A DNA stretch of 64,000 nucleotides, taken from positions 5,389-69,388 of the forward strand of contig DATKSQ010000106.1 of assembly GCA_035531615.1 (NCBI GenBank), in the 5' to 3' direction. Source of the stretch: Candidatus Binataceae bacterium (GTDB taxonomy: Bacteria > Desulfobacterota > Binatia > Binatales > Binataceae). Both the position numbers and the translations under genes were made by a program. Position 1 is the first letter of the stretch. Every line of letters starts with the position of its first letter. Positions 35,588-42,616 of this stretch are shown one piece after another. The notes under the pieces were generated by a model that saw only the letters and a program-made list of their open reading frames with translations, was not told the origin of the DNA and searched no databases.

Positions 35588-36916
35588 ATGAACAAGAAAC
35601 CCAGAATCCTGCTGGTACAACCGACCACCGTCCATCTCGACGGAACTCCGCACAAAACCCGCTGGCGGCTGATCATGGGGCTGATGGTTCCGCTGATGGC
35701 GGGGCTGACGCCCGATGATTACGACGTCACCCTGTGCGACGAACGGCTTGAGGACATCAACTTCGACGGCGGATGGGATCTGGTCGGGATGACCACCACC
35801 ATCGGAGCGTCGCTGCGCGCCTATCAGCTCGGCGACGAATTCCGCAAGCGCGGCATTCCGGTGGTGTTCGGCGGCTTTCACGCCACCCTCCAGACCGACG
35901 AGGCGCTCCATCACGCCGACGCGGTGGTGCAGGGCGAGGCCGACCTGGTATGGCCCGAGCTCTTGCAGGATTGGCGCGACGGCAAGCTCAAGCAGATTTA
36001 CAAATCGACCAAGCTGCACGATCTTAAGAATCTGCCGCGCCCGCGCCACGAACTCCTGAAGCTCAACCGCTATCTGTTCAAGGCCGTCCCGGTGCAGGCC
36101 AGCCGGGGATGCCCGTATCGATGCTCGTTCTGCGAGATTCCGGTGTTCTACGACGGCAGCTACCGGACCCGCCCGATCGAGGACATCGTCGAGGAGATCA
36201 AGCAAACCATCAAGATCACCGGCTTCCGGCGCTTCCAGTTTATCGACGACCAAATCACCGGCAAGCACAAGTTCGCGCGCGAGTTATTCAAGGCGCTCGA
36301 GCCGCTCAATATCCGCTTCTCGTGCCTGTGGACGATCAACTCGAATCATGACGACGACCTGCTCGACCTGGCGGCCAAGGCCGGCATCTTCCACGTCAAT
36401 ATCGGCGTCGAGTCGATCAGCCAGGAATCGCTGTTGTCGATGAACAAGATTCAGAACCACGCCAATCAGTACAAGAAGCTGCTGGGCAAGCTTGAGAAGT
36501 ACGGAATCTACTACTCACTGAATTTCATGTTCGGACTCGAGGAAGACAAACCCGGCATCTTCGACGAGACGCTCAAGTTCCTGCACGAGGTCCGCGCCCC
36601 CGAGGCGTTCTTCAACACCGTCACGCCGCGGCGCGGGACGCCGATGCGCACGCAGCTCGAAAACGAGGGCCGCGTGATCATCCCCGACGCGGACCTGTAC
36701 ACCAACAACTTCCGCTGCATGTTCGTGCCCAAGAACATGTCGCCCCAGGAAGTTGAAGAGGGAGTCTGGCGCTGCACCAAGGAGTTCTATTCGATCAAGT
36801 CGATGTTCAAACGGCTATTGCTCCCGCCCAACAAGTTCACCTGGCAGGGCCTGACTGAGAATATGCTCTTCTGGTACGGCGCCAAGCGCCAAATCGACCC
36901 GGTCGATTACTATTAG
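35588..36916 (+). CDS. B12-binding radical SAM protein
   Basis: N-terminal B12 Rossmann part (ILLVQP...DLVGMTTTIGASLRAYQLGDEFRKRGIPVVFGGFH) and cluster motif SRGCPYRCSFCE (CxxxCxxC). Confidence 0.85.
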   Translation: MNKKPRILLVQPTTVHLDGTPHKTRWRLIMGLMVPLMAGLTPDDYDVTLCDERLEDINFDGGWDLVGMTTTIGASLRAYQLGDEFRKRGIPVVFGGFHATLQTDEALHHADAVVQGEADLVWPELLQDWRDGKLKQIYKSTKLHDLKNLPRPRHELLKLNRYLFKAVPVQASRGCPYRCSFCEIPVFYDGSYRTRPIEDIVEEIKQTIKITGFRRFQFIDDQITGKHKFARELFKALEPLNIRFSCLWTINSNHDDDLLDLAAKAGIFHVNIGVESISQESLLSMNKIQNHANQYKKLLGKLEKYGIYYSLNFMFGLEEDKPGIFDETLKFLHEVRAPEAFFNTVTPRRGTPMRTQLENEGRVIIPDADLYTNNFRCMFVPKNMSPQEVEEGVWRCTKEFYSIKSMFKRLLLPPNKFTWQGLTENMLFWYGAKRQIDPVDYY

Positions 36917-36943
36917 AGACCACCCTCATCAGGTGTGAAATCC

Positions 36944-36976
36944 GGGGCGGCCCAGCAAAGGCCGCCCCTTTTTTTC
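36944..36976 (+). terminator. rho-independent terminator
   Basis: ggggcggcc-cagcaaa-ggccgcccc is a perfect 9-bp GC stem, followed by ttttttt. It lies 28 nt after the radical SAM stop codon. Confidence 0.85.
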
Positions 36977-36981
36977 TGATT

Positions 36982-37014
36982 CCTCTCCCTGTAAGGGAGA
37001 GGCCAGGTGAGGGT
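36982..37014. repeat. REP/MITE-like element, family A (short copy)
   Basis: cctctccc-tgta-agggagagg hairpin followed by ccaggtgaggg. Confidence 0.6.
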
Positions 37015-37494
37015 CATTAGTTGCGCGGCCATCCATGGCCGCGCGACTACGATTCCGATTCAGCACGCTTCGATCACCAGCGTATGATCGCTACGCCTTT
37101 CTCGATCCAGGAAAATGGGTTCGTTCGAAATTTTTCACCCGATCGCTTCGGCCATTCCCCGCGCGGATGCTGGGAAATCTCGCCGAAACGGCAAGTTCGC
37201 CGCGCTCTTCGTCATTGTACCAGCCGCACCCCCGCCGCTTACTGATCCTGCGATTATCGTCAGCGTCACTCCTCGCGCCGCTGCGACGCGCCAATGACGT
37301 ATCCGCTGATGGTGGTTGATGTCCACGCGATCAGTTTTCCATAGATCAAAACCGGGCATAAGGCTGAACAGTTCAGCCATGAACAAATCTGGCAAAAAAT
37401 CTAACGAGTGTTAGAGGGTACGTTCCGAGCAGCACCCTCGCCAGCGCGTCACGATGCTTGCGAAAAAAGCGCGAGCTTCGCGCCGCACCGCCCG

Positions 37495-37624
37495 CTCCCA
37501 AATTCTTCGGGCGAGGGAATTAGCCACGCCTCTCTGTGCCGCCCTCTCCCAACGAGATTGGGAGAGGGTCGCGCGGCGCGGCGATTGCTCTTCTTGCAAT
37601 CGCCGTGACGCGCCGGGCGAGGGA
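37495..37624. repeat. REP/MITE-like elements, family A (two adjacent units)
   Basis: ctcccaaattcttcgggcgaggg, then ccctctccc-aacgagatt-gggagaggg, the ggcgattgc-N7-gcaatcgcc hairpin and gggcgaggga. The second unit is near-identical to 8077-8154. Confidence 0.8.
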
Positions 37625-37687
37625 CCGCCAGAAATGAAATCTGGCGCGCAGCACTACGGCGATTCCGGCACGGCGCAATATGCCCCT

Positions 37688-37725
37688 GTCATTCTCGCGC
37701 GTGGCTGTCGCGCAAGGAATCCCGG
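37688..37725. repeat. REP/MITE-like element, family B (single arm)
   Basis: gtcattctcgcgcgtggctgtcgcgcaaggaatcccgg. The same gtcattc..cgcgcg...ggaatcccgg unit occurs at 40181-40222, inverted at 40249-40286, and at 44533-44616. Confidence 0.75.
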
Positions 37726-37819
37726 CTCTGGGCGTGCCTGACGATTTTCATTAGCGCAGACCTTCGAGCGGGGACTCCGGCGCGGTGGTGGAAGCGGCCA
37801 AAGAGTTTCCGCCGTAGGT

Positions 37820-37890
37820 CCCTCACCCGGCGCGCGCAGCGCGCGCCACCCGCGCGCCAGTGGCGCATCCCAAATTCTTTTGGGAGAGGG
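37820..37890. repeat. REP/MITE-like element, family A variant
   Basis: ccctcacccggcgcgcg ... tcccaaattcttttgggagaggg. It shares the cccaaattctt core with 37495-37517 and the ccctcNccc/gggNgaggg termini. Confidence 0.65.
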
Positions 37891-38363
37891 ACAAGATCGC
37901 CCGCTCGTTTCTCTGCAAACGTCAGGCCCGCTTGGGCCGAACGCCCTGATAGCGGACCAGTTTCGCAACACCAACCGCGACCGTCACAAAGCCGGCCAGC
38001 ATCAGCGGGAGAAGCCCGCCACCCGAGAATACCCGACCCTGCCGCGTACCCGTCCCGTGACTTACGATAGTCGCTTTCAGAAAAGCTGTATCCTTTCTTG
38101 CCAAAATCGCCCACGGCATTAGTTCCTGCGGCAAGCCAGGTTGAGCTTGTATTGCTCTGGATCTGATATCGGCAAGATATCGCTGAGCAGGATCAAATCA
38201 GTCCCCCCATGAGACTCTTCGGAATTGGATCTCCCACCTGCTGCATAGCTCAGAGGCGCTTGGGCGCAAGTGGCGCGGCCTTCGATATACTCGATATACC
38301 AGACGGCGCTGTTGCAGGCGTAACGGCCACCCCGCTCCCCCTCCGCAGAGAATCGCCGCCGGA

Positions 38364-39461
38364 TCAGATACTCAGATGGTACAGCTCGGCGACGTTGTCG
38401 TGCAGGATGTAGTTCTTTTCCTGCTCGCTCAGGTTGGCGGTGTGCTTTTTCAGGATTTCCTGCGACCACGGCCAGGTCGAGTCGCTATGCGGGAAATCGT
38501 TGGCCCACATCAGGCGGCGGATATTGCACATATCCTTCATCTGGAACGCCACCCAGTCGTCCTGGAAGGTCAAGTAGATATTCTCGCGGAAATACTCACT
38601 CGGCATCTTCGACAGCGCTCCCGCCGGCAGCCAGTAGCGATGCCGATCGTAGGCATGATCCATCCGGTACATATAATGCGGCGCCCATCCGGCGTCCGCC
38701 TCGACGCAGATCAGCTTGAGCTTCGGATTGCGCTCGAAGACTCCGCCCAAAATGAAAGTACCCATGATGTCCTGGCATCCGCGGATGATCGACAAAAAGC
38801 TGTTCAGCTTGGGACCGCGAGTTTTGAAGTTATCCTGGCTCGAAGTCAGGATATGGAAGCTCAGCGGCAGCTCGAGGTCGATCGCAGCCTGGTAGAACGG
38901 ATCGTAAATCGGGCTGTCGTAGTCCTCGACCTGTGGATTGCCGGGCATCATCACGCCGCGCAGGCCAAGCTCCTTCATTTTGCGCAGGTCGGCGATGCCT
39001 TCCTGGACCGAGCGCATCGCGGTCTGACCGCATCCGATCAGGCGCCGCGGATGAGTCGCGCAATACTCGGCGATCCACAGGTTGTAGGCGTCGAAGCAGG
39101 CCTTCTTGTAATCGAAATCGCGATGGTTGCAGAGCACCATCCCGACTGTGGGATAGATCACCTCGGCGGCGACGCCGTCGCGCTCCTGATCGGCCATCCG
39201 CGCGTTGGGGTCCCATCCGCCGCGATGCATCTCCTCGAACTTGACGCCGCCGATCCTGAGATCCTCGGGGTTGCGGCCCGCCGCGGCGGCCAGCCCGATA
39301 TTCACCGGGCGCGGAAAGTCCTTGACGATAAACACGTCGCCGAGCTTGTCGTCGCGCACCATATGCGGCGCCGAATCCTTGTATTTCGAATCGATCCGGT
39401 CCACGTAGGTCCCGGCGGGCTCAGTGATATGCGAATCGGCGGAGATGATCGGCTTTTGCAT
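38364..39461 (-). CDS. amidohydrolase-2 family (ACMSD-like metal-dependent hydrolase/decarboxylase)
   Basis: MQKPIISADSHITEP (metal-binding HxH-type N-terminus: SADSH), FHILTSS, VEADAGW and WANDFPHSDSTWP are typical of Amidohydro_2. Confidence 0.85.
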   Translation of the reverse strand: MQKPIISADSHITEPAGTYVDRIDSKYKDSAPHMVRDDKLGDVFIVKDFPRPVNIGLAAAAGRNPEDLRIGGVKFEEMHRGGWDPNARMADQERDGVAAEVIYPTVGMVLCNHRDFDYKKACFDAYNLWIAEYCATHPRRLIGCGQTAMRSVQEGIADLRKMKELGLRGVMMPGNPQVEDYDSPIYDPFYQAAIDLELPLSFHILTSSQDNFKTRGPKLNSFLSIIRGCQDIMGTFILGGVFERNPKLKLICVEADAGWAPHYMYRMDHAYDRHRYWLPAGALSKMPSEYFRENIYLTFQDDWVAFQMKDMCNIRRLMWANDFPHSDSTWPWSQEILKKHTANLSEQEKNYILHDNVAELYHLSI

Positions 39462-39550
39462 GATTGGTTCCTCGACGCGTGTCGACGCGGCATTCTATGG
39501 ACTCAGGCGCGAGCGGACTTCGCGTGCTCTGATCCGCTAATAGCCCAAGC
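39427..39550. repeat. direct duplication, copy 1 (amidohydrolase leader plus first 12 codons)
   Basis: Aligns by eye with 41453-41580, with roughly a dozen substitutions and one ~5-nt indel. It covers atatgcgaatcggcggagat...ggactcaggcgcg.gcggacttcgcgtgct.tgatccgctaata...caagc. Confidence 0.85.
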
Positions 39551-39562
39551 CATGCATCTTTT

Positions 39563-39838
39563 TCAATCCGCTCGGGTATAGGTCGCATCCGCGGCTTCGG
39601 GCGGTGCACCACCCCAGATCAGAACATCAGGGCAGAGGTCGGCGCCGTTGGGCCAGACCACGGTCCCGCCTTCGACCCGTGTTGCTGCGAATACCGCCCG
39701 GTCTCTTTTGATGAGATCGAAGACCGGACCGACGAGAAGATGGGACACATCGCGTTCGATGACAGAGCCATCGGTCAGCGTCAATCTCAGTTTGAAGTCT
39801 TCCAGCACTTTGACTTCACGGACACGCAATAGGGCCAT
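39563..39838 (-). CDS. DUF2442 domain protein
   Basis: 91 aa. VREVKVLEDFKLRLTLTDGSVIERDVS...GGTVVWPNGADLCPDVL is the classic DUF2442 pattern. It is paired with DUF4160 upstream. Confidence 0.75.
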   Translation of the reverse strand: MALLRVREVKVLEDFKLRLTLTDGSVIERDVSHLLVGPVFDLIKRDRAVFAATRVEGGTVVWPNGADLCPDVLIWGGAPPEAADATYTRAD

Positions 39839-39849
39839 ATTCTTTCACC

Positions 39850-40110
39850 TCAATCGAGGGCTTCGATCTCGTTAAGCGCTTCTCCGTTGCGGGCGCGGCG
39901 CCAGTCTTCGCGAAGCTCGGTGCGATGGAGCGCAGCCCATTCAAGCACCAGCGCGAGCGCGCGCCGCGGCAGTGAACCGCGGAATACCGACAGAGTGTCA
40001 ATTTCGATCAAGGCCTCGAACTCGCCATATATCGCATGGAAATGCGCCGGCTCGTGGTCGCTGTAAAACATCCGGATCGCAATTCCGAAGAACCGGCTCA
40101 ATTCTGGCAT
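39850..40110 (-). CDS. DUF4160 domain protein
   Basis: 86 aa. MPELSRFFGIAIRMFYSDHEPAHFHAIYGEFEALIEIDT is the classic DUF4160 N-terminus (H-x-P-x-H-F-H). Confidence 0.8.
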   Translation of the reverse strand: MPELSRFFGIAIRMFYSDHEPAHFHAIYGEFEALIEIDTLSVFRGSLPRRALALVLEWAALHRTELREDWRRARNGEALNEIEALD

Positions 40111-40180
40111 CGCCGAATCACTCGTTTATCGAGTCCTGCACAAGATAGTGACGCCGGCCCGCTCCGGCGCGCCACCTTCT

Positions 40181-40286
40181 GTCATTCCCGCGCGCGTGTC
40201 CGGCGCGCGCGAGGAATCCCGGTTTGCAGCCGCGCGGCGGACCAAAAGACCGGGATTCTTCGCGCGGCAGCCACGCGCGAGAATGA
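40181..40286. repeat. REP/MITE-like element, family B (two inverted arms forming a long hairpin)
   Basis: gtcattcccgcgcgcgtgtccggcgcgcgcgaggaatcccggt ... accgggattcttcgcgcggcagccacgcgcgagaatgat. The arms are reverse complements of the same ~40-nt unit. Confidence 0.8.
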
Positions 40287-40434
40287 TATGCCAAGGAATC
40301 GGGCAAGAGCGGAAGTGTCACTATGATATACAGGGCTCAATAGGCTGGGCCATTCTTCGTCGAAGCTTACGCACGAGCGCGAGATCTTGGCAAGCCTCAG
40401 AACGGAGCGATACTTCACGGTCCCATCCGTCGAG

Positions 40435-41487
40435 TTAGCTGATCCCCGAGGGTATTACGGAGCGGAAAAATGCTACCGCGCCTTCGACCGTCCGCTCATA
40501 CGGATGATTTCGTTTTGGGGCCGTCAAACTCATGTAGGCGGCGTACCGCCAGTCATCGCCCTCTCGGCGGAATAACTTGTAGCGGATGCCGTCGGAGACT
40601 ACAAAGCGGTCGCAGGACGGGAAGGACCGCGCGTAGCCTTTCGCTTGCTCCGGAGCATAGCGCATGCCGTCGAACAAACGCTTGGATTCGATGATCATGA
40701 CGGGCTTGCTGCCCTTCTTGTATGGAGTGTCGAACAGAACAACATCCATGTTGCCCCACTCGATTTTTACCCTCTGCTCTGCCCAGCCAAGAGACATCAG
40801 TAGGGGCACGATCAGAAAGGTCCGGATCTCGTGCTCCCCAACTTCGGCTCCATGGTCGCCATAATACTTTGCCATGCGCCGGAGGCGCCAAATGGTCTTC
40901 GCGATGAGTTCAGCGCGCTGTCCAGGCAGACCGTCAACAATCAGAGACTCTATTACCTCGTCAACCGTAATAGGCTCAGATTTGGCGGGGATCGGTTCCG
41001 AGGCGAGATCTCTACCGCTTGCCCAGATGCGTCTGATTTCGGTGAGTGCCTGTTCGTTGTAAACTCTCTTCAGGGTTCCTCGAGTCAGACCCGAAACTAA
41101 GGTCGTAGCATCAGGGACTTTCCAATGTACTTCTCGGCAATGCTGCAGATCCCATCCCTCCACGTCTTCGAACACTTCTTGATGGACGTAGTCGGACCTC
41201 ACCTCGCCGATAGCAACAATTTCCCACTGGTCGCTGCGCGGGCGCTTGAGGGCGACCAGATCGCCTACGCTGATTTTCTCGGCGAATGGTTCCAGGAACG
41301 AACGGTAGGCTCCGCTCTCGCTCTTATTATAGGCATCTTTGTTCGTAAAGTAGTTTCCCAAGGATCCAGGACCGACGAGAATGACTCCGAACCTCAAGAA
41401 TACATCTGCATAGTCGCGGCTGCCGTCTCCTGCCGCCACCTGCCAGATGTTAATATGCGAATCGGCGGAGATAATCGGCTCTTGCAT
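40435..41487 (-). CDS. PD-(D/E)xK nuclease (type I restriction R-subunit N-terminal, HSDR_N-like) with an uncharacterised N-terminal beta-rich domain; chimeric 5-prime end
   Basis: C-terminal half: EHEIRTFLIVPLLMSLGWAEQRVKIEWGNMDVVLFDTPYKKGSKPVMIIESKRL...EQAKGYARSF...VVSDGIRYKLF, giving D ... E-x-K, then Q..Y, then the (T/S)DG layout of HSDR_N. The first 12 codons (MQEPIISADSHI) duplicate the amidohydrolase start. The gene is AT-richer than the host genes. Confidence 0.7.
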   Translation of the reverse strand: MQEPIISADSHINIWQVAAGDGSRDYADVFLRFGVILVGPGSLGNYFTNKDAYNKSESGAYRSFLEPFAEKISVGDLVALKRPRSDQWEIVAIGEVRSDYVHQEVFEDVEGWDLQHCREVHWKVPDATTLVSGLTRGTLKRVYNEQALTEIRRIWASGRDLASEPIPAKSEPITVDEVIESLIVDGLPGQRAELIAKTIWRLRRMAKYYGDHGAEVGEHEIRTFLIVPLLMSLGWAEQRVKIEWGNMDVVLFDTPYKKGSKPVMIIESKRLFDGMRYAPEQAKGYARSFPSCDRFVVSDGIRYKLFRREGDDWRYAAYMSLTAPKRNHPYERTVEGAVAFFRSVIPSGIS

Positions 41488-41580
41488 GAATGGTTGCTCG
41501 ACTGTCTCAACGCGGCATCATATCATATGGACTCAGGCGCGGGCGGACTTCGCGTGCTTTGATCCGCTAATATCTCAAGC
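41453..41580. repeat. direct duplication, copy 2
   Basis: See copy 1 at 39427-39550. Here it supplies the leader and start codon of the nuclease ORF. Confidence 0.85.
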
Positions 41581-41606
41581 TGCGCTTTTTTGACAGAGAC
41601 CGGCGG

Positions 41607-42086
41607 TCATTGACCCGCCTGCTCGGCGGCAAATTTCTGGAGACTTGCGTAATTGTGGATGCCTCTCTTGCAGTTGCGCTTACCAAGAATCGTCCCGTCA
41701 ACGCGCTGCTGTAAGTATTCCACCAGCTCATTAAATCGCGTCTGCGGGATAAAGTACGTGGGCGCCTTGAATTCACGCTCGATGTTCTTGAAAATAACCG
41801 CGTAGCTGAATCGAGCGGGGTTACGGCCAAACCCCGCGTCAGCCTCGCGGAAACGGTGATAGCGTTCGACCAGATATTTGACGTAGTTGCGCTGCAAGAG
41901 GTCGCTTCCGATCGAACCGAGGGGATATTCGGATGGACGACTGGAGCGTCGGCCGCGAAGAACCTGGTTGATCGTGGTGGAACCGGTGTGCACGTCACCA
42001 TGAATCGTACTGCCCGCAATCGACGTGACATTTGCGCCGTTGGTGATCGTGCTCTTTTCCGCGCGGGTTGAAATGCCGTGTTTCAT
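41607..42086 (-). CDS. hypothetical protein (159 aa), partner of the DUF4062/TIR-like gene
   Basis: The ATG at 42086 overlaps the upstream stop (ATGA). It has a Gly/Ser/Thr-rich N-terminus (ITNGANVTSIAGSTIHGDVHTGSTTIN) and a C-terminal domain YVKYLVERYHRF...FSYAVIFKNIEREF...FNELVEYLQQRVDGT. I recognise no family. Confidence 0.6.
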   Translation of the reverse strand: MKHGISTRAEKSTITNGANVTSIAGSTIHGDVHTGSTTINQVLRGRRSSRPSEYPLGSIGSDLLQRNYVKYLVERYHRFREADAGFGRNPARFSYAVIFKNIEREFKAPTYFIPQTRFNELVEYLQQRVDGTILGKRNCKRGIHNYASLQKFAAEQAGQ

Positions 42087-42616
42087 TGCTTCTTCCTCGC
42101 GAGTGCAACGACTTCGCGCATGACGAATGCCAGATCCTTTCTCACCGTCGCTTCGAATTCCTTCAGACCAGGATACGTCCCATAAAGCGCGTTCTTTCCC
42201 AACTGCTGTCTGAACTGTTCCATCCTGGCGTTTTCACGCGAATCAGGCCGTCGCCTTTCCGGCCCAAGGCGCTGTGAAAAGTATACCATCACCTTCTTGC
42301 CCCGTCTGCGGGCGCGCTCGATTTCCTCCACAGTTCCAGATTCGGCTTTCCCCGTCGGGCTTCCGAGGCGCCGCCAGAAGATCGCGATCACAATGTCCGC
42401 ACGATCGGCAAATTGGCGATTGAGCAACGCTTGAGGCCGTCTGCCAGCGTCCGGGTGCGCATGTGTTCGCCAGTTCATGAGCTCCACGCGCGCTCGCACT
42501 GCGTCGCCATGCTGCACGTTCCAATCATTGATCGCACCGGCTAAGAGGGTGTGCTCCTCCATTATGTCCGAGGGAGCGGCCAGCAGGATTCGGAAAAGCT
42601 GAATTGTCTCGGGCAT
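42083..42616 (-). CDS. DUF4062 / TIR-like / nucleoside-2-deoxyribosyltransferase-like Rossmannoid domain protein
   Basis: The ORF is open to the TTG at 42637, but I use the ATG at 42616 (MPETIQLFRILLAAPSD...). The core is DRADIVIAIFWRRLGSPTGKAESGTVEEIERARRRGKKVMVYF: strand, loop, SGT-x-E-E helix, then GK-x-V strand. The family call is from memory and unverified. Confidence 0.55.
   Translation of the reverse strand: MPETIQLFRILLAAPSDIMEEHTLLAGAINDWNVQHGDAVRARVELMNWRTHAHPDAGRRPQALLNRQFADRADIVIAIFWRRLGSPTGKAESGTVEEIERARRRGKKVMVYFSQRLGPERRRPDSRENARMEQFRQQLGKNALYGTYPGLKEFEATVRKDLAFVMREVVALARKKQ

Noticed and set aside
37021-37395. Short ORFs in the scar region (37021..37245 +, 37035..37319 +, 37091..37294 -, 37135..37395 -), considered as possible genes or a frameshifted transposase or integrase remnant.
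   Set aside because: There are several mutually overlapping frames, none with a motif I can recognise and none with a convincing SD. They may be debris of a decayed gene, but I cannot support a call without a homology search.
37490-37890. A possible CRISPR array, because of several similar GC-rich palindromic units close together.
   Set aside because: The units differ in length and orientation, spacing is irregular, copies also occur singly 29 kb away (8077-8154), and there are no cas genes. This is REP/MITE-like behaviour, not CRISPR.
38119-38363. The tail of ORF 38119..38469 (…TDLILLSDILPISDPEQYKLNLACRRN). It faintly recalls the N-terminus of a family of GIY-YIG/defence-island proteins that begin ...LSDILxIxDPxxYKLHLA.
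   Set aside because: Only about 25 residues are involved and the resemblance is from memory. The frame stops immediately and no continuation in another frame matches. At best it is a 5-prime gene remnant, and it needs blastx.
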